64,000 nucleotides of DNA, taken from the NCBI GenBank assembly GCA_051362555.1, contig CM120645.1, forward strand, positions 19,530,001 to 19,594,000, written 5' to 3'. The position numbers and the translations under genes are program-made. The DNA is from Lingula anatina. Taxonomy: Eukaryota > Animalia > Brachiopoda. The notes beneath the pieces were generated by a model. It was given only the letters and a program-made list of their open reading frames with translations, made no database searches and was not told the origin of the DNA. Within the stretch, counting starts at the first letter, position 1. Each line of letters starts with the position of its first letter. This document shows positions 38,194-52,128 of the stretch, piece after piece.

Positions 38194-39426
38194 TGTGACT
38201 GTACTGCATGTGATGCATTTAATGTTGCAGTCCTTTTTCAAAGTTATGCTATCCGTGCTTGAAAATACACCATAAAAGTATCATTTTCCATGTGTAGCCT
38301 ACGCATTCTTTAAAGATGATAAAACTTCTCAAATAATTTAAATAATCAATTTTATAATTGCTATTATAACATTGCGTACGAAAATTTAATACTGTTATCG
38401 GGCGATTTAGTTCGTGGATTTTATTTTCAGGGCAATATAAACACCTTTACATGTTCAATAATAAAATCCTAGGCCTAACATTCAGCTCCCCAGTTTAATT
38501 TTTTTTAATAGAATAGTTTAGCTGATTATTACATGCATGGCCAGTCCGTGCTACGAAAGCAAATGTAATTTAATAGCGTAAACAAATGGATGTCACAAGC
38601 TTTTATCCCACCGTTCAGCTACATGTTAAAAGCAGCTACATATTAGAATTGCAGCAAGCTGAGTTAGCTGAGGAGTCAACTAAAAATATGGCTCAAGGTC
38701 ATTGCGGTGTGCGTTCCAAAAACAACATTAACTGCAGTAGATAGGGCGTTACACCTGTTTCACTAAACCCAAGCCCCTAACCAAACTGTCTCACTGCAGT
38801 GAGTTTTTTTTTTTTTTTTTTTAAGGATAGACTAATGGGAAGCACTGAAGATGAGTAAATAAATAGGCCTAGAAATAGGCTTAACTAAATATAGATAAAT
38901 AGGCTAATGAATGAATAAATAAATGCTGACTACGATGTATTGCTATGGGTTTCATGTCTATGTCACCCTCTAAACCTTCCAACCTCCAAGCCCCTGAATC
39001 ACTGCTGAGTCATTTCATGTCTGTTACAAAAATCTGGGAAAGGGAAAACATATTTTCTACCAACAAATGACCATCAAATTGTCTCATTCTCAAAAATTAT
39101 TACACCTTTTCACGCCTCTGTAGTCAACGCTGAAAAGCATGTTTCCACCCTGTCCCCGCCCGTCTCTACCAGTAGGGGCTTACTTGCCATAGCTTCTATC
39201 GTTAATATCCCAAAAATATTAAGAGAATTTAATATTGTCAATCTCACAAATTTTTTCTTGTAGTGCATTCCTATAATCTTTCTCAACCCGAAATAATTAA
39301 AAAGCCACCACAGAGAAAATAAACACAATAAAATGGTTACAAATAGGCATATATCAGTATAAATCCGTTGTTAGCTAAACAAGGGTTAGATTGAAAGCGA
39401 GGCTGTGACTCCTTGACGACGTTGGG

Positions 39427-39436
39427 GTCACGTGAC
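39427..39436. promoter_or_regulatory. GTCACGTGAC extended E-box (USF/TFEB CLEAR-type) in a putative promoter
   Basis: Perfect palindrome ~100 bp upstream of a strong GTAAGT donor at 39534 (likely non-coding exon 1 of the downstream gene). Confidence 0.45.
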
Positions 39437-41023
39437 GGAGTGTATCAACACAGGTGCTGTGAGTGTATGTAGACTGGGGAATAGCATACAAAGCCGATTA
39501 GAGAGAAATAAGTACTGTACACACGCAGCGCTGGTAAGTCACTAGTTAACCGTCTACTGGTAAGATTGTCGATTATAATTAGATAGCTCGCTGTCCAGGA
39601 ATTAATGTTATATTTTGTGGGTGTTTGAGGAACTTTTAAGAAATTAAGTGGCTTTAAAGATAAACACTTTCCCAGCCACGTTTTTGCTGTGGACGTTGAA
39701 TTATCAACATTGTATCAATGTGTGTGGCAAGAAACTATGGCAATATGATAGGTATGTCATTTACTGAAAACATCAAAGTAATTAGAATGTTAAGGACTGA
39801 TGTGGTTGTGAACAATATATCTATGGGCATAAATGAGAAAGTCAGCCTAGGCCTTAGAGAAATTCAACAAAACCGCTTCCGGGGCGTTCACAGTGGGAGA
39901 CTGTTCCAGTTCATACATCCGTCCATAGTGCGCGCCCAGCTTTGTGATTCTACTATCAAGCTACAACAATGTATCAAATTAAGTCGCAGACCCACTGGCC
40001 GAAATGTTACACAGTAGCGGTTTCAATCAGGGATGGGATCACTGGACCTTACATGACAAGGCGGGGGTTATGTTCCCATATGTTACCAAGTTCATTCATT
40101 CGGGTCTCTTGAAAGGCTTTCTGAATAATAAGAGCAGCTATTCAGTGTTCAATTACATTCAAGTATTGTTGTTGAAATTTTCTCGAGCTTAAGGAATTCA
40201 AAAGCGCTGTACGTAATTGTTTGTGGTGTTGGATTTAAGAAATTGTTATTTTTCACTGACAGGTGAATTTCATTATGGCAACCGTCTGGATTGCGGTGCC
40301 TGCGTTGGATACATAAACAACTGAAAAAATAGTAGTGAAAAAAATAGTGGTTTCTCTGGGGATAATTTTACATGCTACTGTTCTCTGTTTTACATTGTTT
40401 GCCGTGAACATTTTTTCAATTTCAAGACAATACTCAGTATGCATAATTGATTGAGCTAACTAGCAATTAAGGCCACAACGTACAGTACAGGGCATTGCCC
40501 AGTATATAAGACTTAGAAATCAATTTTTGAATATAATGTTATGACAGTCACAGAGTCACAGTGGACACTTGGAATAATGGGGCATTAGAACTGAATTTAT
40601 GTCAACATCTGACACTTATTTCAGCCTCTAACTTCATAATGAAAATCAGTTTAATAGAATTCTTGAGAAGAAGCACTATTCTGTGACTATAGAACTACTG
40701 TGGCAAGTGTATCACCATGTTCTAAAATAGCTTCATACAGCAGCAGCTTAACTTGATACAATTTCACTAAGTGACTGATTTGATTTGTTTTCAGGTTACT
40801 GACATTATGGGTTAACTACAGAAAACAAACTGCTTTGGATTTTCATTAAAAATTGTTTTTTGTTATCAGTTTCAGATATCATATATGGGAAGATTGAAGA
40901 ACAATTTCAAGAAACAGTAAACTAACTCACTGCTCAAACTTTGGTCTAGGTTTCCAAAATTCACGAGCGCCATTCAGGTTTGCTAAATCTGAAGCTACAG
41001 CAACTGGATCAAATTGCTCAAAA

Positions 41024-44000
41024 ATGACTGCTTTGCCAAAGCTAACGCCAAGGCAGACGCCAATTTCTGCCCCTGCATTTTCACGAAACATCCCCCTCAC
41101 CACGGGTGGGACTCCCAAAATGACAGCTCTTCATGTCACTTACCCTCCTCTGGAGAGGGCGTATACCACAGACTTTGCAAAGATGCCTGAGAGGATAAAC
41201 CAGCTAGCTCCCGCAGAAGGAAGGCGGAGAATAAACATGAACACTGAAACTGCTGAGGCTAATTATTTAAATGAACAGAGAAAACTGTTAATGCAGAGAA
41301 GGGAACATTATAGGTATTACAAGGCTTGGTCCAGGCCTTACTATGGGACCCCCCAGGAGAAGGAAGAGTACAGGTGAGTTCATGTTTTATTTGACCAAGA
41401 AATATGATAGAAATTTTTTTTTTTTTTTTGTATCAATATGTGTTAAATATATTTACTAGCATTTCAAATCAATATCAAAATCAAAATGCCTTTTTTTTTT
41501 TTTTTTTTGAGTTGGGGGAGGGAGTAAATGAGCAACATCAGGGCCGTAGCCTCCGTGGGGGGCAGGGGGGGCAGCTGCCCCCCCTGGAATTTGGAATTTT
41601 ACACACCACACCCTCCCCCCTCGGTAGCTTCGCCCCCTTGTGTCCGCTTACTGCCCCCCTTGGCATTTTGCTCAGGCTACGGCCCTGAACATTCAGTGGC
41701 TAATTGCTTTCTGGCAATTTTTTCCCATTTTTGTACACTTGCTACAATTAGGTTCAAACTTTTACATTGCTTTGTGAAAGTTCAAAGATGTTTTACATGT
41801 GAGATATTTTTGCCATGATGGATGTTTACTTAAAAGTACTTAAAAGCCTAAAAAAGGAATTCATCTAATTCAACACCTGGGGCTGGAATTAAACATTTGA
41901 AGGTTCATCGATTTCATCTGAAGTCCAGTAGAAACGTAGATGTAGTTTGAAGGACGTGGTGGCTAACGTGAAGCACTTAATTAAATTGACACAACTAAAA
42001 CCAATCAATTTTAGTGACATGCTCTAATAGAAGGAGGATTATTCTCATGTAGCTCATGTGATAAGGTTGGGTGTTCACAGGATTAAGTCCTGTCTTTTTG
42101 TCTATTGATGTCTAGTGAAGTTGTAACTCTAGTCTGTTTGTGGTATAGATTTTAATATTGGCAGAGAAAACAGCAATAAATGTAACCATTGACACATACA
42201 CACATACACTAGAAGAGAGTAGAATGTTGAACTTTGAGAAAATGATAACTTAAAAAATGTTCAATAAAACATAAAAATTTTTCAATATTGTGAAAATATC
42301 AGTTCAAAGTCTCATAAGTATGAAAAATCTGAAACCAAACCCAATGAATCTCACATTCATTTATAATCCTGGCTTTGGGCCTACATTAAGTATCAGAATC
42401 AAATTTCACTTACCTATAGTATCAATAATACCTACAGACTTTATGGATAGTGCTAATTCTGTAGTTAAAATATTAAATCCATACAAACATCCCTGGGGCA
42501 AGCATTCTTACATTTACATTGTAGTTGGTGTAAAATACCCCCTCATTGCGGTAATGATAATGGGCCTTCCGATTTCTATTTATTTCTTGCGTCAATATTT
42601 CCTTTCCTTGCCTTTAAGTGCCGCTGTCGTATGTATAGGTGAGAGACCAATGTCTGTGTGTTTGGTCATGTCCAATCTTGAAAATATGTGTAAATTTGTT
42701 CACAGACTAGGCTTATTGACAAAACACGCTCTGTTTAGCGCCGAAAGCTCCTGCACGTACTCATCCTATGTTAAGAGTTCTCGCGGAGTGTATTGTTATG
42801 GCTGTTACCATGCGTTGGAATGCTAGTCCCCCACACTGTGCACACTTAGCCAAAAAAGTGATTTTTGAAACAGAAACTAAATTGTTTGTCTCTAATCCTT
42901 TATGTACATCGAATATTTTGTTAAGAAATGTTTCCATTTTTGATAGGGATTTGGATGTTCTGGTTGCTACATGTGATTTACACAGGGGGGTACTGGGCAA
43001 ATAGAATTGTAAATAGTGTGATTGGCACTTGGGTTGGGTGTAACCATGAGCTTATAGATTTATTTAATGTCTGTTTTAAATTCAAATGAAAGTAACATCC
43101 TAAATAAATCGTAAAAAAGAAGAAATGATGCATAAGTGTGATACATTTTAGTAGTGGTCATATCGTTAAGGAGTTTTAAGATAAAATATCTTAATACTGT
43201 CAAGACATTATTTATAGAAATATCCCATTCTTTACTGGAAAAATGAGTATGAAATGATGATATTTTCACAAGTTTATCAACTTGTTTAATGTATAAGCAA
43301 TCAGATGAAAGAAAAGAATAGAAAAAGAAAATATTCTTAAAGCATCAGATATTTATCACTGTAAGATAAATTTAGCCCTAAAATCAAATTTGGTAATGAT
43401 ATTTTTTTATAATTTTGTGCAATAGTTTACACAGCTGCAGGCAGAGCACAGGTTAAAATAAATATTTCAAATATCTTTTTAAAATTATAAAAATGGGTAC
43501 AAGAGGTCACTCCTATTCAGCTTTAATGAATTAATATTTGAAAAGCAGCAAAAAAGGCTTTTAACATTCAATTCTGAAGTGATATTTCAGAGAGTAAACA
43601 GGTCCTTCATTCAACTTGTCTTCTATGAAGTCAGTTAGAATATGCATTAGTGTAAATAGCTTTTCTATAAAGTTTTATAGATTTATGTGTGAAGTATGTT
43701 GTAGCTAAGAGATGAAGCAACAATTACATTCACCAAACACTATGAATTTACGACTGAGTGATCTTAATAAGCCCTTTACTTTTGGTTTTGCAATAGTATA
43801 GATAAAGCATATAGTTATAGGTACAATTTAAAAAAATGGAAATTTAATTGTAATAGACTACCGGGTATATTCAAATTGCTTTAAGGGTGAATTCATATCT
43901 TCATTGAAGTAAATTTATGAAATTGAAAAACCTTTATGTAGGAGATAGTGTAAGAATAAAAAGACACAAAATTGTTCAAGAAATGATCTTCATCATATTT

Positions 44001-46792
44001 TATATCGAAGTTGGTCATCATATTTATCATATTTCACTTTTGGGAGGATAATAATATCAAATAAGCTTCAAGTTCCTATTCTAGTCCTAATAACTCCACA
44101 GTTTAAGTGAGGTCAGTCAGAATAAATTACTGCAGGTAATTGAAGGTCTCCATATCTTCAAGGTGGTCTAAAAATCAATCTCAGAATAAATGGTGGCAAA
44201 GTTCAAGTGAAATACGTAATTTTTACTTCATTAACTATTATACTGGACAGTTTGTGGTAAGATGTCTTATTGAATCAAATTTATTGGAATTTTCACTGTG
44301 TGTCAACGTCTTTGTTTAACCTGGAGTAGTTTGCAATCAGACACTGAGAATTGATTTTTATTTATTTGGGTGAATGAATTTTTTATTTGGTAATTTGCTT
44401 TTTTCTTTGTTTGAAACACATACTACTTGGTTCTATGCTCTTGACTTATTGAACGGTATGTCAGGCACAAATGGAGGTCGATTAGGAGAGAAATAAATGT
44501 CACAAAGCTCTACGTGATTTCACTATTATATTTATATTATATTTATTATTGATAATTCTGCTACATACTTCACTGCACCTGCATTTTTTTCTGCAGGAAA
44601 CCTATGTCTGAAATGAGTATCAGAGACAAAAAAAGAGCATGCAGTTTCTTCATTTTAGCTCTCAAAGATAGTGAAATAGTGAAACACACTAAAAAATCAA
44701 TCTAACATGTATGGTAATTCGAAAATTCAGAAACCAGTTCAAAGCAGATCTGAACCTCAGGGTACTTAAGTCTCCCTCCAACCCCCCCCCCCCCCCCTCC
44801 GCGGTCCATTTACCTCTCGCCTTAAGCTTGCTCTCCTCCCCCATCTTGTTCCCTGCTAAAAATAGGTAAGATTCCCCCCCTCCCCTCTTCAGTATAAAAC
44901 TGCCCCCTTTTATTTGGTCTGCTCCTCAGTTTCTCTTCTTTCACTCCTGAACAGCACTTAATAATTTCCAAGAAATTGAAAAATAAATGTACGAGAGAGA
45001 AATGAGATGATTTTTTTTAAAAACTGGGCTAGTCTTCACGAAGTGTCTCTTTCCTCACATTAACCTATAACCATGAATCATCATATGTACATAAGTACAA
45101 ATCTTCTACCAGTATCTCCTGTGTGAGTTATCTGCTGATTAGTCAATAAGACAGAAGAGCCTTTTATTACTGCAATAGTACAGTACCAGTATACCAGTAT
45201 ACATCTTGTACCTGCTGACAAAGTAAACATCAGAATACAGGACTGTAGTGGTCTTTGCCATGATATAGTAGATACTTAGACTACAGCAGATACAAAGTAA
45301 CTTAGGTGCTCAGTTTTAAGAGATTCGATACTGTATCAACTGTGAGGTGTTTGATTAGATAAATAATGTTTGTAAGGCCACAGGGTGGTTATTCACTTTA
45401 CACTTGTGTGTGCCATTTACTTGTTTCAATTATGGTGTGCATCTTTTAAATTCTTTCAGAAACAGTTTCTGTTAATTCAGTGATGAATTGGTAGTTCGAT
45501 AAACTATTCTGTGTGTGTGTGTGTGGGTGTGTGTGTGCATATGTGTGTGCATGTTGTAAAATAATTAAACCTTCTAATGATTATAATCAAATTATATAAT
45601 TATTTTTCTAGGAAAGAGACACGCAGTATGCTAAAGCAACAGATGGACCACAAGTGGTCGGCTGAGAAGCAGGAATTCCTGGAAAAAGTCAAGGAAAGTC
45701 AAGCTGCAGCTGCCTATGATCAAAAGTGCAACAATGAGGATGTAGAAAATTTCAGGAATCGCTTCCTGTACTTGACCAAATTTAGGGATGAAAATAAAAG
45801 GGTAAGTATTTTTAGGTGAATTGATACGAATGATGTAAAAACCTGTTGCATAATTAGATATATAAAAAACAGAAAAGAAATCAACTCTTAGTTAGAAAAA
45901 AGGATAAGTCAATTCAATGTCCTTTCTTAGATATGATTTAAATAATTGAGCAAAACTTAGTGTTTATACCAACAGTAGCATTATTATCCCTCTGTAATGT
46001 AGCCAATTACAGGGATCATTACCACCGAAACCAGAGACCCCTTCCCTCGTTGCATTTGCAGTGATGCATATAATAGAGTGTGGTAGATGTGACATTGAAG
46101 CACATTTTGCTTGTATGGTTGTGCTACTAAGAGACCATTCCCAGAGACTATTGTACTAATTTTGGATCAAACTATCTCCGAGGGGATTCTCTCTTAATTG
46201 CAGTTAACTTGGGCAGCTGAGATGTCTGTCACGCCTGCTGAGGCTGATAGGGGGTAATTAACTATTGTTTAGCAATTTTAATGAACGTCCCAGATGTCTA
46301 AGCCGATTAGGCTGAGAGCAATATAGTGAGGGACCTGGTGGAGATGGACCAATCCTGTTAGATCGATCTAGGAATGGGAACCCAGTCTAAGACAGAAGCC
46401 CTTCATAAAATATATTGAAATGATTAGCAGATGTGTGAGGTTGGGGTTGAGATGGAGGATGGGAATGGGCAAAAGGGTGTGCACAAAAAGAGATTAATTT
46501 TACATATGCATACATCTCAAGTGAACCAAGGAGACAGCCTTTTTTCTCTATCCACCAGATCTCTGAAGCCAAAGTCTTTTTTTTTTTTTTTTTTTTTTTT
46601 GTACATTCCTTGACTGTCCTGTCAGTAAACATTTACAGAAATGAAACATAATTTACATGTGTGTGCTTTTTTATCTTTTAGCTTATGGAGAAGTTTTGGC
46701 TTGAAAGAGAAAGGAGCAAGATTTTTGAAGATACCTATGATAGGGAGCAGCTTCGTTATAATCCAATAAACTGGAGTTGTACATTGAAATAA
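41024..46792 (+). CDS. Uncharacterised 216-aa protein (Pro-rich N-terminus, charged helical C-terminus); exons 41024-41373, 45612-45801, 46682-46792
   Basis: Three exons with canonical splice sites join in frame: ...KEEYR|KETRSMLKQQM...ENKR|LMEKFW...NPINWSCTLK*. Confidence 0.8.
41539..41687. mobile_element. MITE with 5-bp flanking duplication
   Basis: TIRs cagggccgtagcct / aggctacggccctg; AACAT on both sides; related degenerate element at ~31897-32063. Confidence 0.75.
46133..46387. mobile_element. Diverged copy of the 23004 MITE family
   Basis: Shares cattcccagaga, aagccg..ttag.ctga...caatatagtgag and tagatcgatcta blocks. Confidence 0.45.
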
Positions 46793-49476
46793 AGTAGGAC
46801 ACAATATCAGACATTCTATACATATAATGCAAAGAGGCCAAAGTTCTCCAGACTTGTAAATGGTGGTGCAAGACTTCAGTGTTGTAGAGATCACCTGAAA
46901 AAGAAACAAAGGCCTGTATTATGGCGCCAAATAGAACCAGGTACACCCAGAACCACCGCCCCGTCCTCAAGGTCTAACTGTTCAAATTTGCAGAACATAA
47001 AGTTTTCACTGGTTTTTCACAGAGATTTGGAACAAAACACTTTTGGGTTTTCATTTTCAACAAGGTATCATGGTTGATGAATCTCATAACATAGCATTAA
47101 GGGTGTGGCTTGAGTTTTTTACCTTGTGCGTGTTCACTGAAATGCCAGCCATTGATAGAAATTGCGTTATGAATCAAATGAAGGCAAAAGCTGCAGTAGT
47201 TTTAAGCTGAACCAGCAACTGATTGCTGTAGAGTGCCAGGCATTGCTGTGGTGATTTGAACCAAAATTTAAACCGTTGATTTATTTATTTTGAAAATATT
47301 TCTTATTATATGAATGCATACTTGTTCTTGGCACTTTTTATGATGAAAAGCATTGAATCTTGTTTTTTTTTTTTTTTTTTTCACAATTTTTAATTAACAC
47401 TGCTCAATATGTTTAAAACTGCTCAAACTAAAGCTTAGAGCACAAGTTGACTCTACAGCATAGATCTGCCCATTGACCTATGGTAATAGCTCGATCTTTT
47501 CAATGTACAAAAATTATCAAACTTTCAGATACATCATTTATAAAAATCCTAAAAATTATATTTTTGTATAGCATTTGTGGTTCTTTTAATGCATAGAATA
47601 GAACTATAAGGTAGCCTGCTTTTCAATTTTGTTGCAACCACTCAATAGGAATGCTCTTATTTTAAGAAATTATGACTAAAAAATATAGTATCTGTAAAAC
47701 CACAATTTTCCCTCATTGAAAAGATCGAGTCATTACCATAAATAGTCAAACTAGATTATTGATCTGCTTCAGTTAAGTTGTATGCGACATACTATAGTAA
47801 TGCAAAGTCCAAGGGCTTTAAGGAAAGGAAAGATGTCAAAATTGTTAACTTTATTTCAGCATTTTCCTTTTAAGTTTTTTTTATTCATAATGAGGAGTTA
47901 AAACACTTATCGACTAAAGATATTTTTTATTGAGTTGCATGACTTTGCATAAATCTTCCAGTTCAAACAATCCTGGAGTTTGCCCATGTATTTTTTTTTT
48001 ACTTAAGATTATAGGATTGTCTTGGTGATGGATAAAAAGTTTTAATATATACAAATGTGTATATGTCATTTACATTAAAGTCAACCTGTTACTTAGCCGA
48101 GGCACACACCTATTTAAGCTAACTTGGCGATTTCCTTTAAAACCAACTCTGATATTAAGAGTACAATTACATGTAAATAGGAGCAGAAAACATGACATGT
48201 ACCGTAATTAGCATGAATCTTGCAGTTATTGTTATTACAGAGGAAGTTTGCTGAAGTTCACTGCTCAAACTGAGATTTTTAAAATAGAATTTTTGCTTGT
48301 TTATGGGATCTAATGTTACTTGAAGTCCTTTTTGTAATATGCTGTACTAGCAGTCATATTGGAAGTTAACCTTTCAAATGTGCACTCGGTTTTTTTTACA
48401 ATGAAATTCTTTCAGATGAGAACTGTAATGTTTCTTTTCATTTTTCCACTTTTGGAGACATTGGTATTGTTCAAAAGCTGAAAATTTGCACCAAAATTTT
48501 GACAACATGATTGTTAGAAGTTTGTATTAGCTTATCAAGCATGTTCTATATGTCTCTTTCTGGGGGAAGCATTATAGACTTCACCTGCCAAAAATCTGTG
48601 AAAATGGGGATAGAACAATTTCTTATCCACCAATTAAATTAAAAATAGCATAATAATTCAAGAAAAAAAATGTATCAAAATTTTTGACTCCAATCTTTTT
48701 TTCTTCTGTTACTTCCATTTATCTCATTTTATCAGAGGTCTGTAAGCAAACACTAATTTAAGTAGTCGGCTTTTTTATTAATGATTTTTTTTAATTGTGA
48801 TATAATAATAAGTATTAAAAACTACATTAACAACGAATTATTTCAGGACGCTGTGCTCAATCGTATACAGTGACATTAGTAATTGTTGTATACTGTATTG
48901 TTTACGTCTTGCCACTTATGCCTTGTTGATCGACATTGTAATATAATAAACTGTCGAACATATACTCTTTAGACTTCTGTGTTTGGCTTTACTTTGGTTT
49001 GATATTGAATGGTCAAAACTTTTAAAATGACTTCTTTGGAAGTAAAGCAGTTGCCATACCGTTGTATCATCACTTTATATTTTAAGTGGAGAGTTCTCCA
49101 AGTAAGCTTGCAATTACTGAAATGTATACCAAAAACTAAAATTCTACTTATGTATTGGAAAAACCCGGATTCAGTAGAAATTGCAATAACTTCTTTTCAT
49201 CCTAAACGTGCAAAACTAGAACAGAAATGTGTACACAGTGGACATCATAAGAAAAAATTTCTCTGTGACCCTGGTAGAGGTCACACCCGTATTATCATCC
49301 AGAAAGATATACATGTTTAATCTAAAGCATACTCTAGATGGTCTATTTATAAAACTAGGCTACTGTGACAAACTTGGACTTTATATACATACGTCGACCC
49401 GGGCGTACGTGTCATTACTGTCGCTTTTGACGTATCCTTGTCGCGTAATCTATAAACAGGGATATTAAGGTGCAAG

Positions 49477-50395
49477 ATGGAGGGAGGTGAGGAAAAATTA
49501 CTATTTTATTACTTTGACATAAATGAATCACTTAATCACCCATCCACATTAGATATAATAAATACCGTGTGTTTTGAAAGTTTTGAAGGCCAGGCTTGTT
49601 GGTCATTTTTTAATGGGCGCCAATGAAGGAATATCTAAAATGACCTTGACTTAGCATCGTTGGTGCCGTACTTGCACATGTATCTGTGTCTTTACGAGCG
49701 CACAATGTACCAGTATTATTGGGGCCAATTTTACCCCGAAAAAACTTTAGCCCGAAAATTTGATCTGCTGCTACATGTATGAAATTGTAGACGCACCTTG
49801 TAATATATAGTATTGGTCTCGAATACATTTCTTGTTATCAAGCGGGAACAATATTCACTTCCAAGTATTACTACCGGTATACTTGAATTCTGAGCCAAAT
49901 CTGGTGGCAAGTGGCGACGGAAACTCGTTGGCCTCAACGTAGCGATTTCAACTCAAAAATGTGCGTCGAATGAAAAATGCCTTTCTTTTCTTTTACGAAT
50001 CCATTTGTTTACTGTAGACAGATTTTTTCCAGAGTACTCGTACGACCCGAACTCGTTCGAGGTTACTGAGAAAATGATAGAAGATTACAATCGCCTAGGG
50101 TTTATTATCGTGAGGTAAATGATGTCTGTCAAAGGCATAACGTGTGTGTATTTTTAAAAAGAAAAAATGAAGTTCCTGGAGATCTCAGTTTTTATCCCTT
50201 TTAACATCAGGCTGTATGCCCTGTCTAAAAAATATTGAGAAAATTATCCCGTTTTTGAGTTCTTAATTTATATTTTTAACATTGCAAATAAAATTCACCA
50301 GTCTTTATCTTTCCCAAGGATGAGCCCAAATGAGAAAACTACATGTTTAACTCAAGAAAAGGTTTGGAGACGATGCTCTAAATATAGTGATTAAG

Positions 50396-50441
<46 letters not shown>

Positions 50442-52090
50442 TTAACCAGAATTTTAAAAGACGTGGAAACTGGCCTTTACCATTTCCATTAAATGAAATA
50501 CTTACTTGCCGATAGTGTAGGACAATTCATGTGTGTCTTATTGAATGTAAGTATAATGGTTATATATTACATGTCTCAACTGGTCTAGGTGCTCACGACT
50601 GTCTTTCAGGGGGTTGCTGGATGCAGAGGAGATGGCTCTTTTGCGAAAGACGTTGGAAGGATCGGACGCAATCATGAAACATGCTTATCAGGTAATATCA
50701 AGCATAGCGGACAGGACACTCTCCTAGCCAAACAAAGAAACGTGTATTCGCATATACCCCTAACACGCTTGCCTTCACTTTGGAGACACCTAGGCCATGT
50801 GTTCACATTTGACTCAGGTATACTGCCAGATTGTCGTTCATACATGCATAATGACCTTGGCACATTTTATACAGCTTATTAACTGGTCTCTGAAACCGAG
50901 TCCCTTCAATTAAACTGAAAAGGAAATCGTACGCAAATGTTCTTTCTAGGTGCCAGAGAGCACCATGGCCCAAAGGAATCCGCCTTTTTTTACCAGACCC
51001 CAAGACAATACACCATATGAGTTTGGTTCCGAAATATCAAATCAAATCAAACCATGCCAGTAAAATGCAAAATCAATATATGGGTCATTTTGAAACCGAC
51101 TTTGTTTTTGCAGTCATATTTGGGGCTCAAAATTACCATCTCTTAAAACACGGAATATTAACGGAACGATTGCTTAATTAGGCTCCTATGGGCCATAGTA
51201 GACTGCCACTGAGATTTCATATATCTCTTTCAACCAGATTCCAGATGGCCTGGGCAAGTCTGTGGGGATGTGTATTTGGAGCCACCCAGGGAACGACGTC
51301 ACAGGGATAATTAGTCGTTCCGAGAAGTTGGTGAGAACGTCAGAAAAGGTAATGACAAGAGCTTTGCCGATGGCTAAGTGGATAAAATTGGCATAGTGGC
51401 TATATATTATCTTACCGGTTTTTAATCTTATTTACTTAAATAAGGTAAAAAATGTTACAATTTTTCGAGGCGATCGGGAAGTTAATTCAATCACTCCCGT
51501 CATTATCTTAAGCCCCCTTTACACTGGACGGAGTCCATTCTACGTCCCTTGTGCGACCATGAAACTGGCATGGCTGTGATCGTAAAAAGGAGGCACAAGC
51601 ATCGCTTTGGTTGCAGAATGAATGCTCAATGATCGGCCAGTTGTCGGCACGTAAAGAATTCATTTGTTTTTTTACTCTCAAACGGGACAGTGCTAAGGGA
51701 CGCAGAAAGGAACGCCCAGTGTAAGGGGGGGGGGGGGTTAAATAGTCTGTGTAGATACATTGTGAATAAAATAAATCGCATTGCATGCACATGTTTGTTA
51801 TACTGTCGGCAATACTATGTACTTTCAGCTCATCGGGCACGGAGAGATCTACCATTACCACACCAAGCTGCCCATCAAGGAGCCAAACACAGGGGGAAGT
51901 TTCAGATGGCATCAAGATTATGGGTGATTATGTACAATACACTGTATATATCCCAATCTGAATGACCTAAGGCCCTTTAATGTACATTCCTCCTGTATAT
52001 ACTGTTAAGGATCAGATCGTTCATCGTCTAGATTATTCAAATAAATATTTGAAATTCAAGTCCGAATTCTATATATTTTAATTTCATATT

Positions 52091-52128
<38 letters not shown>

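Noticed and set aside
42290-42826. 178-aa ORF in an intron
   Set aside because: GTG start, no recognisable motifs, no splice support; likely chance
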